64,000 bases of DNA from NCBI RefSeq assembly GCF_009914755.1, contig NC_060939.1; one strand, 5' to 3'. Below the pieces are notes generated by a model that saw nothing but the letters and a program-made list of their open reading frames with translations, searched no databases and was not told the origin of the DNA. The stretch comes from the human T2T-CHM13v2.0 reference genome, Homo sapiens. Below are positions 43,034 to 56,310 of this stretch, in pieces. The position numbers and the translations under genes were made by a program. Position 1 is the stretch's first letter. The number at the start of each line of letters is the position of its first letter.

Positions 43034-45448
43034 AATTCTATGGGAGAACTGGAAGGAAAGGTGGAGACCCAGTCACATTGTTCACATTGTATCTCTGGAT
43101 ACAATAAGTCAGCCCTACCCCTCTAAATATTTTATTTTCTTCAGTAATATTTCTTTTCTCTCCACTGTACTCTCCTAAATATTTAAACACATCTACATAA
43201 TGGCCATTGTTTGGTCAAAATAAATGAAGAAGTGGTGTTTGGAGGTATTAGAAACTACAAACAATACTTTATTATAAATTAAGAAGAAATATAATTTATA
43301 TAGTTCTTTGTTTATTGCACTTTAACCAAAGACGTAGGCACTATCCATGTCTCAGTTATTGTATACATATGAAGATTACCTTAAGCAAACATTTTTGTCT
43401 TAGTACCTTCCTTAAGCACAATTTTTAAGATTCAATTGTTCTAATACTTTATACCCTATAATCAAGCAAAGATGAGAAGACCTCAGAATTCAACAAGAAT
43501 CTGGGTGCTTACCTCTTCCGATATAAATATCAGAAGCTGATTCTTAAAGCTTCTACTTTTACATAGAAATAAAAATGTCCTCTCCATTTCTAATCACAGA
43601 TGGAAAGAACCAGAGGTGATACCCCAGCCAATCATCTACAGTTAAAGCATTAATACTGTGTTCAGAGGATACAATTCATAATATTTATGCACTCAATTGT
43701 ACAGAGGAAAAGAAAGAGACACAAAAACTAGTGAAATCATACCTCCCCATGCATGGCTTTTAAACCAGTTCAACTGTGCTATAGGATACAATGGGGTGGT
43801 GGGGGCGGGGGGCATATGTACAATAATGTTTGCACCTTATCTAAATAAAATGCCACCAAGTTGATGTATTATTTAGCCTTTATTGCATAGAAGGCCTTCC
43901 ATTTGAATATGCTACATACAGAACTCCAAACTCTGAGCTTTTTATTCACAGAAAATGTGCTCTCATACATCTTTGTGTCCCCTGCCCTTAATACTATGCC
44001 CGACCCAGAGTCAGGGATCAAAAGATATTTTTGGTATGAATAGGCAAAAAGACACACATAGGACCTTGAATGACAGTGGCAATGTATTACAATTTATTAA
44101 AGATGTCTGATGAGTCCAGAGTACTCCAAATATTGAACCCAAATTCTCAAAAGGCATGTGATAGAATGGGGTTACCCTTGATAAACTATAAAGTTAGAAA
44201 GATTATTTTAGAGACACCATCAGAGTAGGTGTCAGAAAATCTGAGTTCCTGTCTAGCACATTCCACAAATAAAGTTTATAACATTGCACCAGTTGCTTAA
44301 TCTCTGTGTCTTGAATCCTCATCAATAAAATTCAATTAAGTCTATTCAAACACTTCTGTGAATGCTAACAGTTCACTGGCAATTAATTTGAAAACAAAAA
44401 TCTGTAAGGCTTCTGCAATCTAGTTGAAATCTACCTTTCCCAGTGGATTTTCTAAAATTCATCAGCACCTACCAGCCTGCCCCATGTCTTGTATCCTGGC
44501 TTCTGCCACACTTCCTTCTGCTGAGATGTCCTCTCTGCTCTTCTCACCTCCCTAATTCCTGACCATTCTTTAAGACCCAGACCCACATACATCTCCTTAA
44601 AGCCTCCAGGCCACACGCACTGGGGGATTATGTGTAGGTGTGTGAACTCCTCGAGGATGGAACACATTCAATTCTTTTCAACGCTGCCCCTAGCAGCCTT
44701 CCCACCATACTTTGCAGAGAGCTCTGCACAGAGCAAAGCAAACACTGTGGCTCTCGCCTCCCCTTGCTCCCTCAGGACCTCGCAGCCTTCAGTTCACTCA
44801 ACCCAAGATCTCAAGATTTCAAAGAAACGAAGAGATTGAAGGCTTCTGTCTCGCAAGTTAGTCACTGATCAGGCAGAAGTGTTTGGCTCCTGCTTCCTCA
44901 CATTTGTTTTGCACACACACAATGGTCTTGATATGTTTAGAGGGTATTTGCAATGGGATGTGGCTGGCCCAACTGTCAGCTAACCTTCATGTTTCTTTCA
45001 TAGCCCCCAGGAAGAAAATTGAAGAGTTCAAAGAATTGAAAAGTTAAGCCAATTCATTTAAAATAATCTTTGACTTTCTCATTATCAATATATGTGTATT
45101 TTCTGCAAGGTTACAAAAACAACTGGAACATATGTTAAAATAATCTTCAGTGTCATCTGCAGCAACTAATTCTAGAGAACTATCTTATTCAATTTCATTT
45201 CTTACTTATATGGAACTAAACCTTAATCTGCTTTTCAGGTATGAAATATATTCATGATTCTGTCTCAAAATATGAAATCAAAAGTTAGCATTATAACTCC
45301 CAGCTAACTGTCATATTAATTCATCTGGATGAACCTTGTGGTACTGAACTTTGACAATGCTCAGGGTGTCAAAGCAAACACCTGCCCCACCCCACGCCTA
45401 CCCCAAAAACAAACGAGAGGCTTTTATAGGTTGCAAGTCCTGGTCTGG

Positions 45449-45454
45449 TTTATT
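45449..45454 (-). terminator. ACTC1: ACTC1 proximal polyadenylation signal AATAAA
   Basis: 155 nt after the stop; GU-rich CGTTTGTTTTTGG downstream on the minus strand. Confidence 0.85.
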
Positions 45455-45608
45455 TATAAAGCAATAAATATTAGAAGCACAAACAAATTGCACGTGTGTA
45501 AACAAACTGTACAATGATTGATGAAAGATGAGGGAAGGTGGTTTGGAAGACTCCAAGAAGCATAATACCGTCATCCTGACTGGAAGGTAGATGGAGAGAG
45601 AAGGCATC

Positions 45609-45827
<219 letters not shown>

Positions 45828-46310
45828 TCACAGAAAAAAACCATTAGATATTAATTCGCTATAATGTGGGATATGTCATACCACGAAATAATGTGGCCAA
45901 TCAAGTTATATGAACTCACCTCTATTTCATCATTTATATTATTAAAGATATATTCTATTATTAAAATGGAATTTCTCCACTTACCTAGAGTGTAATTTGG
46001 CAACAAGCTAAATGTGTAGTGGAGCCTAGCCCAAAAGTTGGGAGCTTTAAAAATGTATTCAAAGATTTTGTTGCGTGTGTGTGTGTCTTTTTTTTGTCAA
46101 AGATTTATTTTTATTCACTGCTTAAAAGCATTTTGGAAGTTACCTATCTTGGGAAAAGTGCTAAGAAAATCAGAAAAAGTGGTAGAAAAGCTAACAGGTA
46201 AAGTTTGTAGGAGACAAGAAACTGAGTATGAGGGAAAAGGAATTTGGAACGTAGTTCTGCTTAGAATACCAAGACTTGCCTCGGATCTCCCACTCACAAA
46301 AGTTCTTTAC

Positions 46311-46492
46311 CTTAATCTTCATGGTGCTAGGAGCCAGAGCAGTGATTTCCTTCTGCATACGATCAGCAATACCAGGGTACATAGTGGTGCCTCCAGATAA
46401 GACATTGTTGGCATACAGGTCCTTGCGGATATCAATGTCACACTTCATGATGCTATTGTAAGTTGTTTCATGGATGCCAGCAGATTCCATAC
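46311..46492 (-). CDS. ACTC1: Cardiac alpha-actin exon 6 (182 nt)
   Basis: cccag|GT ... AAG|gtaaag; ANNVLSGG (Leu299, cardiac). Confidence 0.99.
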
Positions 46493-46503
46493 CTGGGAAC
46501 GAG

Positions 46504-46504
<1 letters not shown>

Positions 46505-46550
<46 letters not shown>
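46505..46550. repeat. (CA)23 microsatellite, the classical ACTC dinucleotide marker
   Basis: 46 bp perfect CA repeat, 12 nt from the exon 6 acceptor. Confidence 0.97.
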
Positions 46551-46551
<1 letters not shown>

Positions 46552-47286
46552 CACAGTGCATTCAGGTCAAGGTAGAGGGAAGAGAACAGAACTTCTTTGT
46601 GTGGGGGAGCTGTCACCATTTGTCTCTGAAACATATGTTCCCCTATAAGACACACTGCAGGGTGGAATGGGTGCCTCACAGTTAATCCACAATACAATGC
46701 CAAGAAAGGAGCAACTGTGCTTAGCACCTGTTTCAAGTAAACACCTCCTGAAACTCTCAGATGTATGAAGATGTATTGGAAAAGGAAAAGATACACGTTT
46801 AAACTAAAATGAATGTAATTTTTGTTTATGGACTTAAATCAGATCCTGACAAAGTTCCTTATGGAAAGCATTGCTTAGGAAGGATATTTGTTGACATATA
46901 AGTGCCCAGTTATTAATATGAGTAGGAATGTTATTGCATTTAATGATGAGGAACTTGGAAAGTCCAGCTACTTGGTAGTGAAACTTACGGGAATAAGTCA
47001 GCTCTTGTGAACTAGCCCTTTTCCTGCAGATACGTGCTATTCAGTTACTACTCTGTGTCATCCTTTATTTTGAGATGAACTCAGTGTGTCATCCTTTATT
47101 ATATCACTAGAGCAGAACATAGACTTCCCCTTTAATGAGCCATCAGGACTTGAGGTTGAGCTGTGTGGGAATCCAAACTATGACTTCTTTTAACTCAAGG
47201 GCTTCTTGAGCCTTCTAGATTTTACTCTGGGAGACCCTAAGATTTCCAGGGAAAATCGTGCCTCTGCACCAGACCCTACAACTCAC

Positions 47287-47478
47287 CAATGAAGGAGGGC
47301 TGGAAGAGTGTCTCAGGACAGCGGAAGCGCTCATTGCCAATAGTGATGACTTGGCCATCAGGCAGTTCATAGCTCTTCTCCAGGGAGGAGGAAGAGGCAG
47401 CTGTGGCCATCTCATTCTCAAAATCCAGGGCGACATAGCACAGCTTCTCTTTAATGTCACGGACAATTTCACGTTCAG
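47287..47478 (-). CDS. ACTC1: Cardiac alpha-actin exon 5 (192 nt)
   Basis: tgtag|CT ... G|gtgagt; [18 protein letters not shown]...QPSFI. Confidence 0.99.
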
Positions 47479-47604
47479 CTACAGAAATAAAGAGTATCAC
47501 AGTCATGCTCTGAAGCAAGAAGTCAATTATAGGGAGGTAGGCGGATTCAGTGAGAGAGGAGGAAAGCAGACCCACACTGTGGCAGATGAGACACACACAC
47601 TCAC

Positions 47605-47766
47605 CAGTGGTGACAAAGGAGTAGCCACGCTCAGTGAGGATCTTCATGAGGTAGTCAGTGAGGTCCCGACCAGCCAGATCCAGACGCATGATGGCATGGG
47701 GCAAAGCGTAGCCCTCATAGATGGGGACATTGTGAGTTACACCATCCCCAGAGTCCAGAACAATGC
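47605..47766 (-). CDS. ACTC1: Cardiac alpha-actin exon 4 (162 nt)
   Basis: ggcag|GC ... G|gtgagt; [11 protein letters not shown]...GYSFVTT. Confidence 0.99.
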
Positions 47767-48415
47767 CTGCCCGGGGAAGTAGACAAGAACAAGGTAAATT
47801 CCTGAGGACAACACCACTGCTCTAGCCACGGCAAAGCCCGCTTCCAATCTTGGCTAAGAGATGCTAGCAATGGGCATTGATCCAGATAAAATTAGATTCC
47901 TTACACACAAAGAATAAAAATGCGCATCAGGAATACTAAATCTGAAGCAAACTGCAGCTCATCTTTTTAACTATTATAGTAGAAAAAATTCCCGAGGACA
48001 CTTTCAAATGACCATCTTTCTTGTCAGCCACGAGCACATTATGTAAGCACCCAAGGGTGTTTTTCTTTGCTCCTATTGAACTTACACGTTTCTCTCTCTT
48101 TTGACTCAGACCCTGTATGGAATGTATTCTCCTTGGGGATGCTTGCCCAGGTGATGTGATGGTTTAAACACATAACAATGACTGCTGCACTCCAAGCTGC
48201 TACACTGCGCTGAGCTTTAAATGAGGGAAGGACCTATCTCCACAAGCTATCAGCTCCAACAATAATTGTGCTCCGAAACTAACCTCAGGGCACTACTGTT
48301 AACTCTTTCTCTTAGCACAGACCTTGCTAGGGAATGGGAGGAAAGGGATTATCCCTTTTTCAACTGGGGGATCTGATTCACAGCAAGGTCGGTGACTTGG
48401 GAATGTGATTCATCA

Positions 48416-48766
<351 letters not shown>

Positions 48767-49768
48767 CTATGAGAAGAAAAAATGAGAAAATCATGCTCTC
48801 ACCATGTCAGGAATATAATCAGTGTCTTGTCCATTTATATCTAACTGCCCAAGTCAAGGAACATATTTAAATACCAGAAATAACAAGCAATACGATTTTA
48901 CCCCAATTTAGAAGAATTATTTAAAAATCAATCTTCTACCTTCTCCCCACTCCCCCAAAGATGTATAATTCTATTGTTGAGAATATAACTCAGGAGAGAA
49001 TGAAGCTATTCCACTGAAGAAGCAGAGCCTCACCTCACCTTAAAAATATCATATGCCTTCATTAAGTTATTAAGCTCATCACCCATGTCAACTGGAATAT
49101 AGATGACTGCATTTTGGAATGACTGAATTAATGACACATTGTATTTCTCCTAAGAAAAAGATTTTGACATTCAAGTGAACACATAATGATGGGCTGATAT
49201 GCCATCCTCACTCCAACAGTGAAATTCAGCCTGTCCAGAGCTGTTCTGGAGTCATTCACCAGCTCTGAGGACTAAGCTCTCCTGCTTGGCAGCCTGTCTG
49301 GCCAGGCATGTGACAAACCCAGAGAGCATGGCATGTCTTTTAACAAACGAGGTGGTATGTCACTATCACCATGGCACTTGCTGCCTCTGTCACGCCTGGC
49401 TTCTAAAAATGCAACAGCCAGGAAGGAGATAGATTGATTACACCTTTGGGGAACCCTGTAAACTGGCTGTGAACATGAGAGAGGAATGTGGATTTGGTCC
49501 TGGTTGGTTGGGAGAGGTGATATTGTTAGAAGTTTTAAACAGGACTGAAAAGAGAGGACAAGGAAGAAAATGAAGTGTATAAGGCAGAGAAGACACTAAA
49601 GACTAAAAGTCCAAAAGGCCATTAGTGGAGAGAAGCAGGTGGCTTTCACACCAGGGAGTGGGACCCTTTTAGAGGCGTGCCACTCAGGTGTACATTCCTC
49701 AGTATGTTGGGGTTTTGTGGAGTATTGCTTGCCTTGGCTTGGATTTGAAGTCAATCAGCCTTCTCTTA

Positions 49769-50017
<249 letters not shown>

Positions 50018-50702
50018 TCAGGGGGTTCTGCAGGTTGAGGAGGGGAGGGCGGACCACGCTTAGCTGCCTGTGCAGCTGGCCTTCTCCGCACCCAGAGGAC
50101 AGGACAGAGCAGAAGGGGGTTGTGGGGACTGGACAGGGGGTTGGGCGGGGAACACTCCTGCCACCTCCCTTCCCCTCGAATCATAAAAGGGAGGGAAGAA
50201 GCCGCGGAGGAGACTGGGGACAGAGAAGGGCAGAGGAATCCACCCAGGCTCCCTGGCCAGGAGTTCCAGCTAGGGTGCCAGGTGCAAGGAGGGACCCAAG
50301 AAACCCAGCCCCTTAGTCCTCCCCAGCCCTTTAACTTTCTTCCTTTTCACGAACTGGGAACTCGATCTCCAGCCCTGTCCATATCGCCATGCCTGTGCCC
50401 CAGATGGAGGGGAAAGCGCACGAGAGTAGGGACCCAAAAGCCCCTTGGGGAGCCACAAAATTCCCCTTCTTAGAGCCCCTGCGAGGTCCTGCGAGGACCA
50501 ACGCCCAGGACAAAACAAGTTAGAACCAAATCAAAAAGTGTGGGCTTTAAAAAAAAAAAAAAAAAGGCAGTCGCAGAGCGGCAGGAGCTGGGGCCTTGGC
50601 TGAATGCGGGCCGGGCTGGCCAGGTGGCGGCGCGGGGCTGGCGTCCGGCGCGGCCCGCGGACCAGGCGAGGAGTGAACGCGGAGGGCCGGGCGCTGACTC
50701 AC

Positions 50703-50748
50703 CGTCGGCGGGGCGGGTCGGCTCGGCTCCGGCGGCAGCGGGCTCTGG
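50703..50748 (-). other. ACTC1: ACTC1 non-coding exon 1 (TSS approximate)
   Basis: Donor ACG|GTGAGT at 50703/50702; TSS inferred about 30 nt from TATA. Confidence 0.85.
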
Positions 50749-50771
50749 GTGGCTGGCTCCAGGAGGGCCGC

Positions 50772-50777
50772 TTTATA
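50772..50777 (-). promoter_or_regulatory. ACTC1: TATA box (TATAAA)
   Basis: TTTATA on +, at the expected spacing from exon 1. Confidence 0.92.
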
Positions 50778-50796
50778 GAACGCTGATGGACAGGGT

Positions 50797-50829
50797 CAGT
50801 TGGAGCAGCCGGGGGCAGGGGTGGGGGGC
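50797..50829 (-). promoter_or_regulatory. ACTC1: MyoD E-box (CAACTG, 50797-50802) and Sp1/GC box (50811-50829)
   Basis: Motifs visible; matches the known MyoD+Sp1+SRF cardiac actin promoter. Confidence 0.8.
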
Positions 50830-50845
50830 CCGGTCTGCCACCTTG

Positions 50846-50983
50846 CCTTATTTGGTCCCCTTCGCACCCGCTAGGACTGCCGAGGCCATTCATGGAGCCA
50901 AGGGCAGGGGAGAGGATCAGCCAGGGAGCCCCCAGACCATGTAAGGAAGGGGAGGGGGCAGTCAGGGGGATGGCCAAATAGGG
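50846..50983 (-). promoter_or_regulatory. ACTC1: Four CArG (SRF) boxes
   Basis: CCAAATAAGG 50846-50855 (perfect); CCATGAATGG 50886-50895; CCTTACATGG 50937-50946; CCCTATTTGG 50974-50983. Confidence 0.92.
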
Positions 50984-51769
50984 AGCTGGGGAGGGGCAGG
51001 CGCTGAAGGGTAGGGGGCAGGGGAAGACTAAGTGACGCCAGCCCACCCCTCCCCCTTTCTGGGGTGTGGGTGCTCCCTGGATGGTCTGTGGATTCGGTCC
51101 TCCGCAGCCCTGCCAGCCTTGGGGACAATAAGCCACATGCAGTGGGAAGGCTTGGCGCCCTGCCCTCTGCTGAGGGGTCCTGACAGCTGGGCCAGGGCAG
51201 CAGGGGAGCAACAGCGGCTTCTTATCTTCCAGGGCTGCCACCAGCACAAAGGACACCGCAGCAGCACATCTGAGTGGCTGCAAAAGGGGCACCCAGGACA
51301 GGGCACCCTTCTGGTCTAGTCCCCGCCAGCCTGAATGGCTTTACTCAGAGAGCTGGTGCTGGGCTCATCTAGGTCAGAAAGCTGAGATTAACCAAGGCCA
51401 CCCGAGTTCCAACCCATGCATGGATCAGGGTCTGGCCAGGGAAGAGTCAGAAAAGGGTTTCTGTGAGAGCTTGGCCAAGTCTTGCTGGAGAAGGGACCAG
51501 GTTTACCCCAGCCCAGTTATTGGGTAGCCCTCATCCATGCTGCAGGGTTTTGCTCAAATTCAGACTCTGGTCTTCAGGCCAGAAAAGGATCCCCTGCTGC
51601 CAAAGTGAATAAAGGAACAAATGCCAAAAGTAGCTTGCCCACTTGATGGTGGGGAGATGAGCATCTTTAAACTGGGGGCAGAGGCCCTCACTCCAGGTGG
51701 AGACAAGACTGCAAAGGCAAATACTTTGATGGAGAACATAGCAACAACTTAAACTATAGGACTACACCA

Positions 51770-51920
51770 ATCCTTGCTACTCAAAGTGCAGCCCATGGAC
51801 AAGCAGTATTGTCATAACCTGGAAATGAGCTAGAAATGCAATCTCAAGAGCCATCCCAATCCGCTTTTCAGCAAGATCCTCATTTGCTTGGTATGTACAT
51901 TAAAGTGTGAGAAGCATTGG
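51770..51920. mobile_element. MER5A-like MITE
   Basis: CTACTCAAAGTG...AGAAATGCA...ACATTAAAGTGTGAGAAGCA. Confidence 0.7.
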
Positions 51921-53417
51921 CATAAATGACAGATATCATCTCCTCTGTGGAAAACAGATTTTGCAGGATCTTGAACTTTTGAGAAGGAAAAAGAAAAATG
52001 ACATGAAATGAGGAGAGGGAGAAGGAAGAGGGAGATGTAAGAAGGACACAGATCACTAGTTTGCCCTGGGGTGCCCTGCATTCTCAGTTCTTGACTGGAG
52101 CTTTGATTTTTAATGCTTGTGTTTTTCCTCCAGTTCACACCAGTTAAAAATAGAAAACTGGGCACTGGCATCTCTCTCTAGAGTGGTCTTGGGCTGATAT
52201 GCTGAGGAGGCCTGCTGATTAGATACTTGTCCCGACTGGGGAATGCTGGGCCCTCCCCTCTGAACTCCCCAACCATGTTTGGGTTGGTCTGGAGAAGAAA
52301 CGCGATGGGCAGCTGTGTGGTGGGGTCGGGTAAGAGACCTGGCTGAGATTACTCTGTGCAGCACAGCAGGCATTTTACAGTGAAAATGTTTATTGACAGG
52401 ATGCCAAGAGTAGAACTGCCTTGTCTCGTGAAAATATAGAAAAACCAAGGAAAAGGAGAAATGGGACTGGTGTCAGAGCCAGACAGAACTGGGCTCAAAT
52501 GCTGCCTTTATCACTTACTAACTATCTGTTTGGTCTTGAGCAAGACACTTAACCTTCCCAAGCCCCAAGTTTTCCCTCTCAAAAGTGATACCATAACACT
52601 TGTTGCAGAAGTTATTGTGTATTGTAATAGTTAGAAACAAATGCTGTAAGTAATATGGAAGATACAAAGCAAATTGTATGTGTAATAATGATACTTTTGG
52701 AGGCAGTAGTAGCTCTGCCTTTTAAAGAATCAGGTTGATTTCATTCTTCATTGATTCAGCAAATCTTTGCAGGACAAGAACTGTGCTAGTTAAGGATTCA
52801 GTGATAAATAAAACAGAGCAGGACTCATCCTCCGTGGCAATTACAGAAAAGTCAGACAGCTATGGCACAAACTGGGAGGGAAGAAGAGGTATCAGCAGGA
52901 TAGTCACAAAAAGGGAATGGGGGTCTGAAAGAGTTGCCGAGAAAGCCTTCCCCAGGAAGTGTTGTTCGTTTTTAAAAGTAGAGCAGAACTGAAGTTTATG
53001 AACATTTGTGTGAGAGAAAGAGTTTCTGCATGGGAGTGGCTGGTGAGAGACTCCCACTATGACTGCTATAGGTGCAAAGACTCTCAGGAATGGAAAACCA
53101 TGATTATTGACCTTTGTCCTTCGCACAGGCTTCGGGGATCTAGGAGGCCACTTCCAGCCCCCTCATCTCAGGACCATTGGCTCTAGTGGGAGGCCAGTAG
53201 AACAGTGCAGGACACAACAGCAGTTTTGTGAAACAATATTCACCCTTAAAATGTTTGAAAAATGTGTTTCCTATTCCGCTCAATTTCATTGCCTAACACT
53301 CAAAACAGTGTATTTTCATATGTGTTATGTGTGTAGCAAGAACGAATGCTTATTTCTTAAAAATTTATGATTGTTTGATATTTACTATTTGTATTACCAC
53401 TCAATTTCCACATTTTA

Positions 53418-53773
53418 TTTATTTTATTTTTATGTATTTGTTTGTTTGCTTCAGACAGGGTCTCCCTCTGTTACCCAGGTATAATCAGGTGCGGCGGTAT
53501 AATCAGGGCTCACTGCAGCCTCAACCTCCCAGGCTCAGGTGATCCTCCCACCTTAGCCGATTCTCCCACCTTAGCTGATCCTCCCATCTCAGCCTCCCAA
53601 ACAGCTGGGACTGCAGGCACATGCCAACACACCCCGCTAATTTTTGTATTTTTTGAAGAGACGGGGTTTCACTATGTTGCCTAAGCTGGTCTCAAGCTCC
53701 TGGGCTCAACTGATCTGCCAGCCTCAGCTTCCCAAAGTGCTGGGATTACATGCATGAGCCACCAAGCCTGGCC
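53418..53773 (-). mobile_element. AluJ-like with internal duplications
   Basis: TSD ATTTCCACATTTTA at 53404-53417 and 53777-53790. Confidence 0.9.
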
Positions 53774-55428
53774 TTGATTTCCACATTTTAAAAACTTTGA
53801 ACCCTATTTTATATATTTTAAAATGTAAACCAACAGGAAAGTAAGATTTCATGACTGAGTTTTATTTAAACTACTTTTTACAGATCCACTTAATTTGAAA
53901 ATTGAGACTGGCTTTTTAAGCATATAAAAATGACATCTCAAAAAAAATTACAAAACAAAGAAGAAAAAAATGACATCTCCTCTTTGGTACATTCTAGATT
54001 TTTTTTTAATTATGGTAAAATATGCATATATCAAATTTACTATCTTAACCATTTAGGAATACAGAGTTCAAAAGTGTTCAGTGCATTCACATTGTTGTGC
54101 AGTCTCCGAGTGTTATTTTTTTTATTGCTAATTCTGACTAAATTGTGCTTCCTGCAGTTTGAGAAAGACCAGTTTATATCCTATGAGGTAGGGAACCACT
54201 GAGCCTTTTTTGTCTGAGGTCACACAGGTGAGCAAATGGTGGAGTGACAATTCAAACTCAGGCACCTGATTTTAAGCCCTATTCCCAACCACCACCAAAA
54301 ATACCTTCACATATACTTGGTCTGCTATTTCTCAGAATGTGATGCTAGAACCGCCTCCAGCCAAATTACCTAGACTGCCTCATAGAAATTCAGATTCCTG
54401 GGTTCCACCCTGGAAGATTGAATCTGCATTTTAAATGAGCCCTCACTGTTCTCCCCTAGGTATGTTTCTCTGCAGAGTGAAAAACTTAGCCGCACTGCTT
54501 GGCTGTTCTCTCTGAAGCCCACAGAGCTTTGCTGGATGCTGCCCAAGCTGCCAGTGCTGGCTGGAGTCCAGGTTGGCTGACCTTGTAGATCCCAGTGGGA
54601 TGGCAGAGCTGGGGCGGGTCCCCAGGGCTCTTGAGGGCCAGTGAAGCCCTTTTCGGCGTGGACTGGCCATGAGGGAGACGTGCAGGGCAAACTGAAGGAA
54701 CAGAAGGTGGGACAGTTCCCACTGCCCTTGCCTCGGGGGAAGTCTGTTTCATCCACCATCTGCTGGGATCTGGAAGGGAGCGGCCCAGCCTCCTCCCCGG
54801 CACTGGGGGATTAGCAGTCACTTATCTCAGCTGTTCCTCCGTTCGGAGGTGTCACAGTATTTACAGAGAAGCCAGAAACAGACAGAGCCACACTTAATTC
54901 CTCCCCATGAGCCCTCCCCATCACCTCCTGTCCCTCCTGCATTCTGTGTGCCGGGGGAGGGAGAGCCTCGGTTTAGATCAGACCAGGGGGGAGGATCTAG
55001 CCTTCCTAAACATTCCTATTTTCTTTGCCTACACATTTGTTCACCCCCACTGCCCTCTGGCTGGATCTGGGTTTCAGTTTTCATTGAAAGGAGAAAGTGA
55101 CATGATGGTGAGGGCTGCAGGCCCCCACACATCCTGGTGTTCAGAGTCCAATATATGAGGCATGGCTAATCTTCACAGCATACTTCCCCGTGTTTTATAT
55201 GCAACCACCAAGGGGATTAACCCAGGCAGAGGGTATTTGGCCCCAGATGGATTCTGTTCTTGGCAGGTCCCAGCCGTCACTGTCTTCTAACATGATAGGA
55301 CCAACTGTAATGAACCATTTAATAAGACTCAGAAAAGGAGGGCAGGGGAAGGAGGAAGGGGCACGGAGGAGGGAGAACATAGAAGGGAACATAGAAGGAA
55401 GATGCTTCTCTGGATCCTGGTGACTACA

Positions 55429-55719
55429 TTTTTTTTTTTTTTTTTTTTTTGAGACAGAGCGTTGCTCTGTCCCCCAGGCTGGAGTGCAGTGGGGCAATCT
55501 CAGCTCACTGCAAGTTTCAAGTTATTCTCCTGCCTCAGCCTCTTGAGTAGCTGGGAATACAGGCACACATCACCATTCCTGGCTAATTTTTGTATTTTTA
55601 GTAGAGACAGGGTTTCACCATGTTGGCCAGGCTGGTCTCGAGCTCCTGGCCTCAAGTGATCTGCCCGCCTCGGCCTCCCAAAGTGTTGAGATTAAAGGCG
55701 TGAGCCACCGCACTCAGAC
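55429..55719 (-). mobile_element. AluS/J-like
   Basis: T22 tail, dimeric Alu with a short right-arm deletion. Confidence 0.92.
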
Positions 55720-56310
55720 TAAAGACCACATTTTCAGTCTCCTCTATCCTGGTGACGTCAGCGGGAAAGAATCAGAAAGGATTTCTAGATAGCCTTTTAA
55801 ATTCCTTAAAAGGAGTTTGTCTGTCAAGAATGAAATGCTCACGCCCATGAGTTTCTGCTTGGAAGTTACTACTCTTAGCTCAGATTTGACTTGCTCTGCA
55901 CACTGGCAGTGACTTTATTTATGGAGTTTCAGTGTTTCAAGTATTACCTGGAGCAAATCCATCTTTCCTGGAGAGCCCAACCATGACAATGTCTGATCTA
56001 AGCCTGACCTGCAAGCAGAAGGGCTGGGAGACGTGCATCAGTAGTAAGAACTGTGAGCTCAGAAAACCTCCTGCAGGCTGCTTTCAGTCACCTGCATCAT
56101 GTAGAGCCCATCTCTTCCCCAGCAAAGATCAAGCACTCATCTGACACACAATATTGGTGATGGTAACACTAATTGTTGACATTTCCTGAGAATTTCCTAG
56201 AGGCTGGCACTATCCTGCCACTTTCTATGTGTATATGGTCAACATGGTCAGTTTCTAGATGAAGCTGGGCAGACTTCCAGCTGTAGAATCCATTTTTACC
56301 CAACTGTTCT

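Noticed and set aside
47258-47782. 174-aa antisense ORF across ACTC1 exons 4-5
   Set aside because: Antisense frames of actin coding sequence are often open; no splice or homology support
50699-51292. 197-aa ORF through the ACTC1 promoter
   Set aside because: GC-rich DNA upstream of the TATA-defined TSS; no recognisable protein
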